In this document: piece after piece, positions 28,006 through 38,516 of the stretch
Layout: each line of letters begins with the position of its first letter
How positions within the stretch are numbered: position 1 is the stretch's first letter
Sequence record: NC_054909.1
Source of the DNA: Escherichia phage EC121
DNA length: 64,000 bases
Strand: one strand, 5' to 3'
Translations under genes and position numbers: made by a program
The notes under the pieces: generated by a model
Database searches by the model: none
What the model was told of the DNA's origin: nothing
Seen by the model: only the letters and a program-made list of their open reading frames with translations

Positions 28006-28011
28006 CCTTGC

Positions 28012-28380
28012 TTAATTACCAATCGTATATTTAGGAACGAGTTTCCATTCATGTTTTTGTTTAAAAGAAATAACTCGGAAGTTATTAGTTAAATCTTTCA
28101 TAAAAGTTCTTTGACCAGGAACGATTTCAATCAGTCCCCAATCTTCTAACAGCCATGCAATCGAATCACGACGAACTTCATCTTCTTCTGTCATTTCAAC
28201 TTGACGACCATCCATACGAAGCATTTCTTTAAAATGAACGATATAGTATAGTCCTTTTTTCTGAAGAATATGACAGGACTGATACAGAACTTTATCTTTA
28301 TTATTAGCAATTCCCATACGAGTCAAAGTTTCTTTTACTTTCAGAAAATCTTCAGGTTTTTTAAGAGTAATTTCAATCAT
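28012..28380 (-). CDS. regA: translational repressor RegA
   Basis: 122 aa; size and position as in T4. Confidence 0.9.
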   Translation of the reverse strand: MIEITLKKPEDFLKVKETLTRMGIANNKDKVLYQSCHILQKKGLYYIVHFKEMLRMDGRQVEMTEEDEVRRDSIAWLLEDWGLIEIVPGQRTFMKDLTNNFRVISFKQKHEWKLVPKYTIGN

Positions 28381-28381
28381 T

Positions 28382-28945
28382 TTACCATTCCAATGCTAGT
28401 TTTTTGAGTTGTTTCTGTTCTTTTACGTTCTTAGTCACTTCTTTCAAAAAATCATCCGTGACTAAACCTTTTAGTTCTTTTAATACTAAAGGAAGTTTTC
28501 CATTTTTAGTAAGAATTGATTTATAGTTAATTGCATCATTTGTATTAACTTGATACCGCTTAGCAAGTAACTTAATAATCAATACTTCGGTAGAATCTTC
28601 GACCAGTTTTGCCCATTTACCATATCTTTTACCCCGAGGAACAGCAGCCATCAGATAATTAAAATGGGCTTCATCGCTTAAACCTGATCCAATTAAATTC
28701 ATCGCATATACAGCTGGCATGCATTCAGGAAATTGTGATAATGCATTCTCAACCATGTATTTTGAATAATCTTTTTGAGCAATAGAGCATTTAGTTTTAT
28801 TATTAATAGCTCCAATTATTTCAAAAAATTCATTTTCAGCTTTTTCCTTAAAAGAATCAGCAGCAGATTGGACAGCTGTCCAATCTTTTGAATACCAAGC
28901 AACTTGATGCTCGTTTAATTGAATATCATCTTCAAATAAGCTCAT
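28382..28945 (-). CDS. 62: clamp loader small subunit gp62
   Basis: 187 aa; position between regA and 44. Confidence 0.9.
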   Translation of the reverse strand: MSLFEDDIQLNEHQVAWYSKDWTAVQSAADSFKEKAENEFFEIIGAINNKTKCSIAQKDYSKYMVENALSQFPECMPAVYAMNLIGSGLSDEAHFNYLMAAVPRGKRYGKWAKLVEDSTEVLIIKLLAKRYQVNTNDAINYKSILTKNGKLPLVLKELKGLVTDDFLKEVTKNVKEQKQLKKLALEW

Positions 28946-28946
28946 A

Positions 28947-29906
28947 TCACTTCCACTGCATTTCGCATGCTAATTGAATGAAAAGATATGCTAAATGTAA
29001 TTCCGTATTAGCCGCAATTCCGTGATACTGGTTATTTTCACCAACAATTTCATACATACGAATAATACTTTGTGGAGTTACGCGTGTATAGATTTCTTCG
29101 GCAAGTTTACCTACGAACCACGAATAATCAGCTGCATATTTTGGTGCTAAAGCTCTGAGCTGTTTAACATCTTTATTTTTGAGAGACTCAAGAACATCAT
29201 CAATAGCACCACGATCGTTAGTAACCAGTGATAAAATACCAGCATCCAAAACACCTTTAGATGAATAACTATCGAGCTCACCAATAGTTTTACGAAAATC
29301 AGGAAAATTCTTTTTAACTAAAGCTGCTACAACTTTCATATCAGCTATAGCAATTCCTTCATGCTTACAGATTTCAGTCAATCGACGAATCATCTGCTTC
29401 ATCATTTCAATTTTATCTTCATCGGTCGGTTGACCGAACGTAATAACTCGGCAGCGTGACTGAAGCGGTTTAATAATACCATCAATATTGTTAGCAGTAA
29501 TAATAATACTACAGTTTGAACTATAAGCTTCCATAAAGGAACGAAGATGTCGCTGAGACTCTGCTAATCCTGAACGGTCAAATTCATCAATAACGATTAC
29601 TTTTTGACGACCATCAAATGAAGCTGCGCTGGCAAAATTAGTCAAAGGACCGCGAACGAAATCAATTTTACAATCTGACCCATTCACAAACATCATATCA
29701 GCATTTACATCATGACACAATGCTTTTGCTACAGTTGTTTTACCTGTTCCTGGAGAAGGAGAATGAAGAATAATATGTGGAATCTTACCTTTACTTGTAA
29801 TAGATTTAAAGGTTTCTTTATCAAAGGCGGGAAGAATACATTCATCGATAGTAGATGGACGATATTTCTGTTCAAGAATGTGTTCTTTTTCATTTACGGT
29901 AATCAT
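28947..29906 (-). CDS. 44: clamp loader ATPase gp44
   Basis: 319 aa from ATG at 29906 (track start is TTG); Walker A SPGTGKTT; GAGGAAA RBS. Confidence 0.93.
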   Translation of the reverse strand: MITVNEKEHILEQKYRPSTIDECILPAFDKETFKSITSKGKIPHIILHSPSPGTGKTTVAKALCHDVNADMMFVNGSDCKIDFVRGPLTNFASAASFDGRQKVIVIDEFDRSGLAESQRHLRSFMEAYSSNCSIIITANNIDGIIKPLQSRCRVITFGQPTDEDKIEMMKQMIRRLTEICKHEGIAIADMKVVAALVKKNFPDFRKTIGELDSYSSKGVLDAGILSLVTNDRGAIDDVLESLKNKDVKQLRALAPKYAADYSWFVGKLAEEIYTRVTPQSIIRMYEIVGENNQYHGIAANTELHLAYLFIQLACEMQWK

Positions 29907-29937
29907 AATTTCCTCATTCAAGTTTTAGTGTAAATTA

Positions 29938-29956
29938 TAAAGGGCCGAAGCCCTCT
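29938..29956 (-). terminator. stem-loop GGGCUUCGGCCC
   Basis: UUCG hairpin between genes 44 and 45. Confidence 0.4.
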
Positions 29957-29957
29957 A

Positions 29958-30644
29958 TTAAAAATCGTGGGTAGAATCAGCTTCAAGAGCTACTACATAA
30001 TTCGCGTGTTCACCTTCAAATTTAGCAGCACCTTGTTTACCTTTTGCCCAGAGCAGAAGTTTATAATTTCCTGGTTGCATTTTCATATTTGCCATATTGA
30101 TAATGAAATTAAATGTATTTTCACCATCATAATCACCAAGAGTCAAAGAATATTTAACACGGGTCAAAGCAGAATCTTCTACTTTATTAAAACCGTTAAT
30201 TACGATTTTACCTTCTTTTACTGTGATAGCAATTGTATCAATCTGCAGACCACGAGATACACGCAACAGTTGTTGAAGGTCTTCAGCTTTAATTTCAGTA
30301 ACAACAGATGCTACCGGGAATGGAATTGGTTTATTAGGAGCAACTACTGTACTCGGATCGGCTGCTGGCCAAAAAATTGTTGAACGGGCATCAGCAATTT
30401 TAATATTTCCATCTTCTGACTGGGAAATTTCTGCATCATCATTAACTAGAGACAGAATACCGAGAAAACCGTTCAAATCGTAAATTGCTACATCAAAATC
30501 AATAACGTCAGAAATATTTGCTTCCGCATAAGTTGTACCATTAACTGCGCGAGTCATAATAAATTGACCTGATTTAAGCATAATGCCAGAGTTAATAGTA
30601 GCGAAATTTTTCAAAATATTCAGTGTGTCTTTAGATAATTTCAT
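29958..30644 (-). CDS. 45: sliding clamp gp45
   Basis: 228 aa; size and position as in T4. Confidence 0.92.
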   Translation of the reverse strand: MKLSKDTLNILKNFATINSGIMLKSGQFIMTRAVNGTTYAEANISDVIDFDVAIYDLNGFLGILSLVNDDAEISQSEDGNIKIADARSTIFWPAADPSTVVAPNKPIPFPVASVVTEIKAEDLQQLLRVSRGLQIDTIAITVKEGKIVINGFNKVEDSALTRVKYSLTLGDYDGENTFNFIINMANMKMQPGNYKLLLWAKGKQGAAKFEGEHANYVVALEADSTHDF

Positions 30645-31387
30645 TTCAATTTCCTATTTACATAATAGTTAGACCAGGACCGTACAGCACCCTGATAAGA
30701 TTCGTCGTTAAACCCATTAGCTACTGCAATTTTACGAAATTTATTATAACTTGGTTTTCCGTAAGCATGCCATAAAGATTTTAATTCATCTTCATGTTCA
30801 ATCCAAGTTCCTCTAGCTTTAGATTTTCTAAATTTTGATTTGAATTCCGGTAAATTATTTCTAACAGTTGCTTGAATTGAAGCTCTCTGTCTTCTTTCAG
30901 CATTATTCCATAATTCTTTTTGAGATTTAGAAATTTTTGATCTTACACTTTCTGAATTCATTATATCACTAAACTTTTTAGCATAACTACAATCAAGATA
31001 TTTCAATTTCATCTTATTTGAGAGTTTAAGCTTTTTCTCATCGGTCCAGTGATTCTTCATTGAATTAGATATTTTGTATTTTACTTCAGAACTATGTTTG
31101 TAACCTTTACGAATACCGACATACTCAGGCGTAATTTCAGATTGCGAAAGCTTTACAATTTTTCCAGTTAAAACATTTTTATATGTTCCATATCCTTTAG
31201 CACCAATTAAAGTATTTTCATCTGCGTATGCTTTATTAAAATATTTTATATTACTTTTTGCTTTAACTTTTAATTGAAAAAATCTCTCCAATTTTCTTGG
31301 ATCTAATATAGTTTCAGCTAAAATTTTGACGGTATATTTAGTGGTTTTAATAAGTTCAAAATATTCATCGCTATAACTCGATGACAC
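30641..31387 (-). CDS. homing-endonuclease-like protein, N-terminus unresolved
   Basis: 248 aa starting at GTG; NUMOD-like repeats; C-terminal domain shared with the HNH protein at 33867-34721; 44 in-frame codons upstream carry no start codon. Confidence 0.5.
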   Translation of the reverse strand: MSSSYSDEYFELIKTTKYTVKILAETILDPRKLERFFQLKVKAKSNIKYFNKAYADENTLIGAKGYGTYKNVLTGKIVKLSQSEITPEYVGIRKGYKHSSEVKYKISNSMKNHWTDEKKLKLSNKMKLKYLDCSYAKKFSDIMNSESVRSKISKSQKELWNNAERRQRASIQATVRNNLPEFKSKFRKSKARGTWIEHEDELKSLWHAYGKPSYNKFRKIAVANGFNDESYQGAVRSWSNYYVNRKLK

Positions 31388-31525
31388 GCTTCCAGTATAA
31401 ATCTTTCCAGCTGAATCAATTATATTTGTTCCATCGAAAATTGCGTTAATTTTTGAACCTATATAATAACACGGGAAAAATATTTTTAGCTTCCCGCTCT
31501 GGAAAGCTAATAAGATATACTAAAT

Positions 31526-31915
31526 TCATTTATTAAACTCGGCCACAATTGTTTCCGCAACAATTTGTGCAGCAACAATCAGACGTTCATCTGCATTACC
31601 GCAATAATCATCTTCAAGGCGTTCACCACATGAAGTCATAATAAATTTAGCACCGGCGTTTAGGGATTCTGCAGTATGTTTGCGCATTAGTTCAATCCAT
31701 TTATTACTTACTTCACGATCGATAGCTTCATAATACGCATGACGAGCAGGTGCAGATTTAATTTTGTTCTGAATAACTTCCATTGCGTTATCAGAAAGAG
31801 ACAAAACCCATGCGCGACGAATTTTATTTTGGTTTTGCGGATTTGAGTCAGAACGCACGTGTTTTGGCTGAATATCTTTTACATCAACAGTATAATTCAC
31901 AGTAATTTTAGTCAT
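31526..31915 (-). CDS. rpbA: RNA polymerase-binding protein RpbA
   Basis: 129 aa; matches recalled T4 RpbA. Confidence 0.85.
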   Translation of the reverse strand: MTKITVNYTVDVKDIQPKHVRSDSNPQNQNKIRRAWVLSLSDNAMEVIQNKIKSAPARHAYYEAIDREVSNKWIELMRKHTAESLNAGAKFIMTSCGERLEDDYCGNADERLIVAAQIVAETIVAEFNK

Positions 31916-31924
31916 AATACACCT

Positions 31925-32113
31925 TTAGTCATAATAATCAGTAACAGTCCAAGCTTCATTTCTATTGGACATTATTTTTGTATATTCTGCTTTAAATGCA
32001 TTCCTAAGCATAGATTCAGTAACTATATGCTCTTCATTAGAAAAATTATTTCTCAGAATATATCGTTTTATTTCAGGAAAAGTTAATAGATGCTGTCCAG
32101 TTGAATATTCCAT
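31925..32113 (-). CDS. small hypothetical protein
   Basis: 62-aa ORF between gene 46 and rpbA. Confidence 0.45.
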   Translation of the reverse strand: MEYSTGQHLLTFPEIKRYILRNNFSNEEHIVTESMLRNAFKAEYTKIMSNRNEAWTVTDYYD

Positions 32114-32168
32114 GTTTTTCCTCCATAGAGATTATACTCTAATAAATTAAAGCATAATCTCTTATAAA

Positions 32169-33851
32169 TTAAACCATTACAGTAAATCGACCAACTTTCT
32201 TCATTTGAAGATGCTGACCGTATTCTTGCGGGTCATGGTCTTTATGCGAAATTATAAAAACATTAGTGTTTTTCATTGAATTTATAATATTAGCTACACC
32301 TTTAATACCTTCGGCATCAAATGACCCATCAAACACTTCATCGAGTATTAATGTACTAATACTAACACCAGATACAATAGAAGCAATATCACGCCAAGTA
32401 AATAAAAGAGCAATATCAATTCTTGCTTTTTCACCTTCACTAAATGAAGCATAACTAAAATCTTCGCGACCACGGGATTTAATTGTCTCATTAAATTCTT
32501 CATCTAATGTAAACACATAATCCGCTTCCATTATTTTAAGATAATGGTTAATCTGCTTATTAAATAATGGAATGTACTTTTTAATAATAGCACCTTTAAT
32601 ACCAGAATCTTTGAGCATATCAGTCAAAATTCCTCGGTGGTATTTTTCCATTACTAAATTAGTTTTTGTCTTAACAATTTTATCAAGTTCTTCTTGAAGC
32701 AGTGCTATTTCATCAGCATGGTCAATAAACTCAGAAGATGCTTTTTCTATAGCCGCTTTAACCTTTTTAGCTTTATCTACTGTCGTGATTAGAGATTGCT
32801 TTTTATTGCGAATATCATTTGCCAACGACTGTTGGGTTTTAATATTATCTCGGTATTCATCAACAAGAACTTTTAAATTATCACGATGCGTTGAAAGCTG
32901 CTCAAACGAATGCGTGCATTCAGAAACTTTATCTTTAATTTTAGAAACAACTTTATCACCGGAACTCAATTGTGACAAACAGGTTGGACATAATCCACCT
33001 TCGTGATACATATTAATGACTTTATTATACGAGTCAATTTTCGATTTAATTAAAAATGCTTCTTGGCCGATTTTATTAAATGCATCAGTCGGGTCTTCAT
33101 CCAAAACAATATTAACTAATCTTTCATTAGCTTCTTCTATTTCCGATTTTAGCGTTCTAGCTTCTTTTGCTAAATCATCATACATATTTTGCAGACGAGT
33201 AAGGTTGTCACCCGTTAATTTTTTCTGGCGTTCAACGTTATCATTATATATTTTAATTTGTTGGATAATATTATCTTTTTTAACATCAAGCACCTGGTTC
33301 TGCGAATTTAATTCACGTATTAGTGCTTTATTAAGCTTATCCATTTCAGCTAATGTTCCTACCTCAAGCAGGTCTTCCACAAGCTTTCTTCGCGCAGGGG
33401 TCGACAAACCCATGAAAGGGGTATACCCTGCTGTACCAAGGACAACAATCTGCTTGAAACTGGCATATGACATTCCGATAAGCTGTTCAAATTCTGCTTG
33501 GAAATCTTTACTGCTGGCAGATTCATTAAGACGTGTACCGTTAACGGTGATTTCGAAAACGTTTGGTTTTTGTCCTCTTTTGATATAGTACTTTTTCTCA
33601 TCATATTCCATCCACAGTTCAACTAAAAGTTCTTTCTTATTTGTGCTGTTTATTAATTGACCTTTCTTTACATCACGAAATGGCTTGCCAAAAAGCCCAA
33701 ATGTGATGGCTTCTAGCATAGTAGACTTACCACCGCCATTTCGTCCAGTAATAAGAGTTTTTTGAACCTTATCTAATTGAATGTCAACTCCATTTTGACC
33801 AACTGACATTATATTTTTATATTTTACTCTATTAAGTTTAAATGATTTCAT
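32169..33851 (-). CDS. 46: recombination endonuclease subunit gp46 (SbcC/Rad50-like)
   Basis: 560 aa; Walker A GRNGGGKST, coiled-coil middle, CPTC zinc hook, ABC signature. Confidence 0.96.
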   Translation of the reverse strand: MKSFKLNRVKYKNIMSVGQNGVDIQLDKVQKTLITGRNGGGKSTMLEAITFGLFGKPFRDVKKGQLINSTNKKELLVELWMEYDEKKYYIKRGQKPNVFEITVNGTRLNESASSKDFQAEFEQLIGMSYASFKQIVVLGTAGYTPFMGLSTPARRKLVEDLLEVGTLAEMDKLNKALIRELNSQNQVLDVKKDNIIQQIKIYNDNVERQKKLTGDNLTRLQNMYDDLAKEARTLKSEIEEANERLVNIVLDEDPTDAFNKIGQEAFLIKSKIDSYNKVINMYHEGGLCPTCLSQLSSGDKVVSKIKDKVSECTHSFEQLSTHRDNLKVLVDEYRDNIKTQQSLANDIRNKKQSLITTVDKAKKVKAAIEKASSEFIDHADEIALLQEELDKIVKTKTNLVMEKYHRGILTDMLKDSGIKGAIIKKYIPLFNKQINHYLKIMEADYVFTLDEEFNETIKSRGREDFSYASFSEGEKARIDIALLFTWRDIASIVSGVSISTLILDEVFDGSFDAEGIKGVANIINSMKNTNVFIISHKDHDPQEYGQHLQMKKVGRFTVMV

Positions 33852-33866
33852 TTTGTATCCAATTGT

Positions 33867-34721
33867 TCACAATGAAGAAAATTCTTTAACTAAAGCCTGT
33901 AATGAAGCCTCTATTGGATATCCATTCTTAACTAACATTTTCCTAAACATTACATGTTTAGGACGATTATATGATATCCACAATTCATACAATTTATCTT
34001 TATTATCCCAATGATAGCCTTTTCGTCGAGATGCTATATGAGCTTTTCTAATCTCCGGATTTTTCCAACTAGCAGCTACTGAATTTGATATAGCTATTTT
34101 ATATTCAGGTTTTGATAAAGCAGCACGAACAGCCTTTTGGTGTTTAATTTTATTTTCTTCGTTATTAAACCATTCCCTTGAAGCCATTGAAATTTTTTGT
34201 TTTGTTTTAAAATTATTTAATCTTTCTTTATTATCTTTCCTATTTTTTGCTACTGAAAAATATTTTAATGCCCTTTCTCTAGCAGCATTTCTATTTTGCG
34301 GATTTGAATAATACTGTTGAAGCCTTTTTGATATTGTGTCACTTACATCTTGTTTTATAAAACTATATTCAGCAGCTATTAAATCAACTTCGGCTAAAGA
34401 TAAATTTTTATATGTTTTTCCTGACATCATTCTATTTAAAGCATTTAACATTTTTCCATTTTTACCTTTTGCTAATAAGAAGTGTGCTTTAAAATGATTA
34501 AAATGACTTAAATTAACTAAATTCCATGTAGATTTTAAATATTCAGGAAATATTGATTTAGGAAGCACGTGGTGTGCTTCCGTTTTACCTGGAGTTTTAA
34601 CAGTTGAATTCACAGAAATAAAATTAATGTAAGACTTGGCGTCTTCTTCACTCAACGCTAATTTTTCAACTAATTCCTTTATTAAAAATTCATCATTAAT
34701 GTCAAGTTTAAAATTCTTCAC
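33867..34721 (-). CDS. free-standing HNH homing endonuclease (Mob-like)
   Basis: 284 aa from GTG with AAGGA RBS; HNH motif TEAHHVLPKS; NUMOD-like repeats. Confidence 0.7.
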   Translation of the reverse strand: MKNFKLDINDEFLIKELVEKLALSEEDAKSYINFISVNSTVKTPGKTEAHHVLPKSIFPEYLKSTWNLVNLSHFNHFKAHFLLAKGKNGKMLNALNRMMSGKTYKNLSLAEVDLIAAEYSFIKQDVSDTISKRLQQYYSNPQNRNAARERALKYFSVAKNRKDNKERLNNFKTKQKISMASREWFNNEENKIKHQKAVRAALSKPEYKIAISNSVAASWKNPEIRKAHIASRRKGYHWDNKDKLYELWISYNRPKHVMFRKMLVKNGYPIEASLQALVKEFSSL

Positions 34722-34981
34722 AAAAGATTCCTTTTAATGTATCTTTTAGACCATTCTATCATATCATCATAATCTAAAAAGTATTCATCAAATTCAGCCA
34801 TGCAAACAACACCTTGTGCTGCTTTTGATGTGATATAAATTATTCCAACATATCTAGAATCTTCTTCGGTATAATCAATATTTGCTATGAATTCATCGTT
34901 AATGTCAAATGTCGAAAACTTCACAATATGCATCCTTAATACAAGATACAGCCATATCTTGTAATGATTTAGGTGTGTCAT
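34718..34981 (-). CDS. small hypothetical protein whose 5-prime region is duplicated in the HNH gene start
   Basis: 87-aa ORF; segment FDINDEFIANI mirrors LDINDEFLIKEL of the HNH gene; overlaps the upstream ORF, start uncertain. Confidence 0.35.
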   Translation of the reverse strand: MTHLNHYKIWLYLVLRMHIVKFSTFDINDEFIANIDYTEEDSRYVGIIYITSKAAQGVVCMAEFDEYFLDYDDMIEWSKRYIKRNLL

Positions 34982-35168
34982 TATCTAAAATGTTGAAGTT
35001 AAAAGATACAGCCCAGTCAGTGCAGACCGTAACCTTTTTAATACAATTATCTTCAACCTCTAGCGGTTCAAACCAATATTCAATAATTTCTTTATGCCCA
35101 ATATCATCTTTTACTTCGCATTCAAAATGCTGACTCATCATAACATTTTTAAATTCATCAAAAGTCAT
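34905..35168 (-). CDS. small hypothetical protein
   Basis: 87-aa ORF overlapping the gene 47 stop by 4 nt. Confidence 0.45.
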   Translation of the reverse strand: MTFDEFKNVMMSQHFECEVKDDIGHKEIIEYWFEPLEVEDNCIKKVTVCTDWAVSFNFNILDNDTPKSLQDMAVSCIKDAYCEVFDI

Positions 35169-36184
35169 TGTGTTGCCTCTACATATAGCTGATTCGCATA
35201 TTGAATAAGTGCTTCACGGTCAGAATCAGTGATGTCTGGAATTGCATTAATGTATTCTTCCATCAACGTCTGAAGAGATTGAACTTCAACTTCTTCACTG
35301 TCATCTGACTCGACAGAGTTATCAATCTTTGACACAACTCGTAACGAATGCACAACTTTTTCTAGTTCAGATTCGAACTTCGTCAGATTTTTGTCTACTT
35401 CAGTTACTATAACACGTACTGATAGATTTGTAAAATCTTTATAGTCAATTTTTCCCTTAAATGGATATTGAATTCGACGATGCCAGGTAGTGTTGTTTGG
35501 AATAAATTCCATTCGTTCTGTTTCTGTGTCAAACATCCAGAACCCACGAGGGTCATTCTCGTCACCTGCAGTTAGTGTCCATGGTGTCCCAATATATCTG
35601 ACGTTTGCAGCCTCAGAAATAGTATGGAAGTGACCAGACCACACTTCTTTATAAGTCTTAAGGAAATCAGGTTCAAGACCGTGAGATTTCATTCCTTTAT
35701 AAAAATAAAATCCATTCAGTTCCCAGTGACCAACACAAAAAGAAGCAGATGAAGTTTTGATGTGTTCAAGAATTTCACCAGTATTTTCTTCGCACATCCA
35801 AGGAATTAAATCAATCAAACACCCGTCAAAATCTACTGTTGTAGGCTTATCATATACTTTAACATTAGGATATTTAGCCAAAAGCTCAGTAGAGGCATTT
35901 GGATGCATTACATTTTTGTAGTGGAGATCGTGATTTCCTACAATAGTATGTAGGGTAATACCAGCACCATCAAGCATTTGAACTATTTCACGGGCAAACT
36001 CCATAGTTTTATGCGTGATCGCTTTTCGCACATCAAAAATATCACCGTATTGAATCCATACCGTAATTCCATTTTTCTTAGAATATTCTATCGCTTGCTT
36101 AATTCCATCAATTTGAATACCGCGAATCCACTCATCATCAGCTTTAACGCCTAAATGCCAATCACCTAAATTTAAAATTTTCAT
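35165..36184 (-). CDS. 47: recombination nuclease subunit gp47 (SbcD/Mre11-like)
   Basis: 339 aa; calcineurin-like phosphoesterase motifs (DWHLG, GNHD). Confidence 0.96.
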   Translation of the reverse strand: MKILNLGDWHLGVKADDEWIRGIQIDGIKQAIEYSKKNGITVWIQYGDIFDVRKAITHKTMEFAREIVQMLDGAGITLHTIVGNHDLHYKNVMHPNASTELLAKYPNVKVYDKPTTVDFDGCLIDLIPWMCEENTGEILEHIKTSSASFCVGHWELNGFYFYKGMKSHGLEPDFLKTYKEVWSGHFHTISEAANVRYIGTPWTLTAGDENDPRGFWMFDTETERMEFIPNNTTWHRRIQYPFKGKIDYKDFTNLSVRVIVTEVDKNLTKFESELEKVVHSLRVVSKIDNSVESDDSEEVEVQSLQTLMEEYINAIPDITDSDREALIQYANQLYVEATQ

Positions 36185-36321
36185 ATATCAAGAACCGTCA
36201 TTGAAATGCAAAATAAAATTATTGAAATAAATCCATCTGGAGTGCTAAAGAACCCAATCCAACATGCTCTAGTGAATAGATAAAATGCAAGAAAAAGTAT
36301 CACATATCCAAGAAATATCAT
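36181..36321 (-). CDS. small membrane protein
   Basis: 46-aa hydrophobic ORF not in the track; its stop overlaps the gp47 ATG (ATGA). Confidence 0.4.
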   Translation of the reverse strand: MIFLGYVILFLAFYLFTRACWIGFFSTPDGFISIILFCISMTVLDI

Positions 36322-36344
36322 TATATCAAACTCCGTATAAAGCT

Positions 36345-36362
36345 AAAGGGCCGAAGCCCTTT
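36345..36362 (-). terminator. stem-loop GGGCUUCGGCCC at the alpha-gt stop
   Basis: UUCG hairpin overlapping the TAA stop of alpha-gt; T-rich flanks. Confidence 0.45.
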
Positions 36363-37563
36363 ATTTTGTAATAATGTCAAACTGTTCTTTAAAGCAGAAG
36401 CTTGAATCTTGATGCTGATACAAAAATTCATAAGCTTTTTCACGTTCGCGGTCATAAAGAGTTCGGTCAGATGACAGTTCTTTAATACGTTCAAATGTTG
36501 ATTCCATGTCATTTTCATCAAACCAAACGATACCGCTATCATGAGAAATTAATGGAGTATTATCAACACGGAATTTTAAATTTTCGCCTGTAGATTTCCA
36601 AAATACCGGAATTGTTCCACATGCACCAAGCTCGAGATGAGTATATTCTAAAGAACGTTGTAGATATTTTTTATCCAACTTACTCAACTGATAACCAAAT
36701 CCGGATTTACTCATGCGTTCAAGCATTTCGCTATTTACATAACGGTCAAGAATTTGCGTTGGCAAATTAGGAGCAATTTTAATTTGGTCTACTTGATGAA
36801 GACGATAATACTCGTATGGAATTCCTTTTTCTTTAATAGGAATGAACGCTGGAGAACGTTCCAGACCTTCCATAATAGTACTTAGTCCTGCAGGTTTAAG
36901 ATGTTTTTCATGAAAATCAAACATCTGATAAAAACCTTTCCATGTAGTCGTACGACCAATCCAACGGTTAACATTCATGTTAACTTCAGAAACATCTTTC
37001 CAGTAGGTTGACCGAACCTTCGCAATATCCATAGGAGGCTGAAAGTTATATACGGTCGGTGCTTCTTCAATATCATCAAACAGAGAAACTGTTTCTGGAT
37101 ACCATTCTTTCATCAAAACTTTATTAAAATCGCCATTATCAGAATGACTAAAAATAACATCAGCTCGACGAACAGTTTCTTCTAATCCCAAATTTCGGCG
37201 CAAAGAAAGAGAAGAATGGTCATGTTGATAAACTACAACACGAACCGAAGGCTTAATGTTATCAATAATTTTTTTATAGTTATTAATAGTGTCTTCTTCG
37301 ACCGAAGTAGCAGGAACTGAATTGATAATTAGAATATCACAATCATTTACCAGCTTAAGTGTTTTATCGTATTCTTTTGCCAATAAAACCGGAATTGAAA
37401 ATGATTTATAATCATGCGCACAATTACGAGTAAATGATTTATCTTTAGCATAAACCAAAGTTACTTCATGACCATTTTTAATAAACCAATCACGTTGCTC
37501 AAGAGAAAATTTAGTTACACCACAACCTTCAAGACCTCGAGCCATAAAAATACATACTTTCAT
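36361..37563 (-). CDS. agt: DNA alpha-glucosyltransferase
   Basis: 400 aa; near-identical to recalled T4 alpha-gt. Confidence 0.96.
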   Translation of the reverse strand: MKVCIFMARGLEGCGVTKFSLEQRDWFIKNGHEVTLVYAKDKSFTRNCAHDYKSFSIPVLLAKEYDKTLKLVNDCDILIINSVPATSVEEDTINNYKKIIDNIKPSVRVVVYQHDHSSLSLRRNLGLEETVRRADVIFSHSDNGDFNKVLMKEWYPETVSLFDDIEEAPTVYNFQPPMDIAKVRSTYWKDVSEVNMNVNRWIGRTTTWKGFYQMFDFHEKHLKPAGLSTIMEGLERSPAFIPIKEKGIPYEYYRLHQVDQIKIAPNLPTQILDRYVNSEMLERMSKSGFGYQLSKLDKKYLQRSLEYTHLELGACGTIPVFWKSTGENLKFRVDNTPLISHDSGIVWFDENDMESTFERIKELSSDRTLYDREREKAYEFLYQHQDSSFCFKEQFDIITK

Positions 37564-37806
37564 TTAATATCCTCATTGTTTTGGTTTATTTTACCAAAAA
37601 TTTATAAAGCAATATAGGAGCCGAAGCTCCTATCCGCATAATACACCATACAGAGGCTCATTAGAGCTTCTAAATTTTATACGCTTATATGTTATAGTTC
37701 CTTCTGCTTTAGCTTTATCATGAGACTCTTTAAAGCGTCTCATCATTTCTGCTTTAGAGGAACGAATTTTATTATAATCTATTTCAGAAGTCTGGGTGTT
37801 CATCTT

Positions 37807-38013
37807 TCACAGTTGCCACCATTTTTTGACTTGATAGGAATCAACCCACACTTTCATATTAGGGTCTGCTCTTACAATAGGAGGATTAACTTCTTTAATT
37901 GAACTATCATGGTATTCTTTTTCAGAAATTTTCACACAAAGATGACCGTTCAAAGATTCAGTAAATCCTGCATTAATTTTAAGACGCTTGAATTTTACGT
38001 TTGTAAGCATCAA
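37807..38013 (-). CDS. small hypothetical protein
   Basis: 68-aa ORF. Confidence 0.4.
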   Translation of the reverse strand: MMLTNVKFKRLKINAGFTESLNGHLCVKISEKEYHDSSIKEVNPPIVRADPNMKVWVDSYQVKKWWQL

Positions 38014-38296
38014 TCATATCCTCAATCTGCGATCTAGTAGTCTTCCAAAGAATACTAATGAGTTCATCGTTATATGGCTGTTTTAGAATATCCCGACTTT
38101 TCTTGATAGCATATTCGTATTGAGCAAAATTATTGTTTTCAGCTGCAATCTGAGCGTGCTTATAAAGACGGTTCAGTTCGCGTTTGTTTTTAGACAATAA
38201 CTTATTTGCTTTTCTTTCTGCTTCAAGACGGTTCTTTTCTTCAATAGAAGAAATAAGCTTTTCCACTTCAGCATTAATTTCGGGTTTATCAGTCAT
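37979..38296 (-). CDS. hypothetical helical protein
   Basis: 105-aa ORF, charged and helical. Confidence 0.45.
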   Translation of the reverse strand: MTDKPEINAEVEKLISSIEEKNRLEAERKANKLLSKNKRELNRLYKHAQIAAENNNFAQYEYAIKKSRDILKQPYNDELISILWKTTRSQIEDMIDAYKRKIQAS

Positions 38297-38297
38297 A

Positions 38298-38516
38298 TTA
38301 TTTCTCTAATATAAAATAAAAATCATCATCTGTTAAATGATACCGATAGTTTAATTCTACACCATTAGATTTAAAAGCGGTATCATACGGATTTTCTGGA
38401 TCAATATCAATGTCAAGAGCTAAAACTTCCCTGAGATACATTTTAAGTAAATAGGGAATAGCTTCAACTTCAGGTATTTCTTCCAGGAATCCGGAGAGGT
38501 TAATCGTTAGCCTCAT
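38298..38516 (-). CDS. small hypothetical protein
   Basis: 72-aa ORF overlapping the gp55 3-prime end. Confidence 0.4.

Noticed and set aside
36321-36542. Minus-strand 73-aa ORF overlapping the alpha-gt 3-prime region; similar overlapping ORFs at 25253-25438, 53533-53727 and 58986-59171.
   Set aside because: Each lies out of frame inside a longer, well-supported gene on the same strand; no independent signals.
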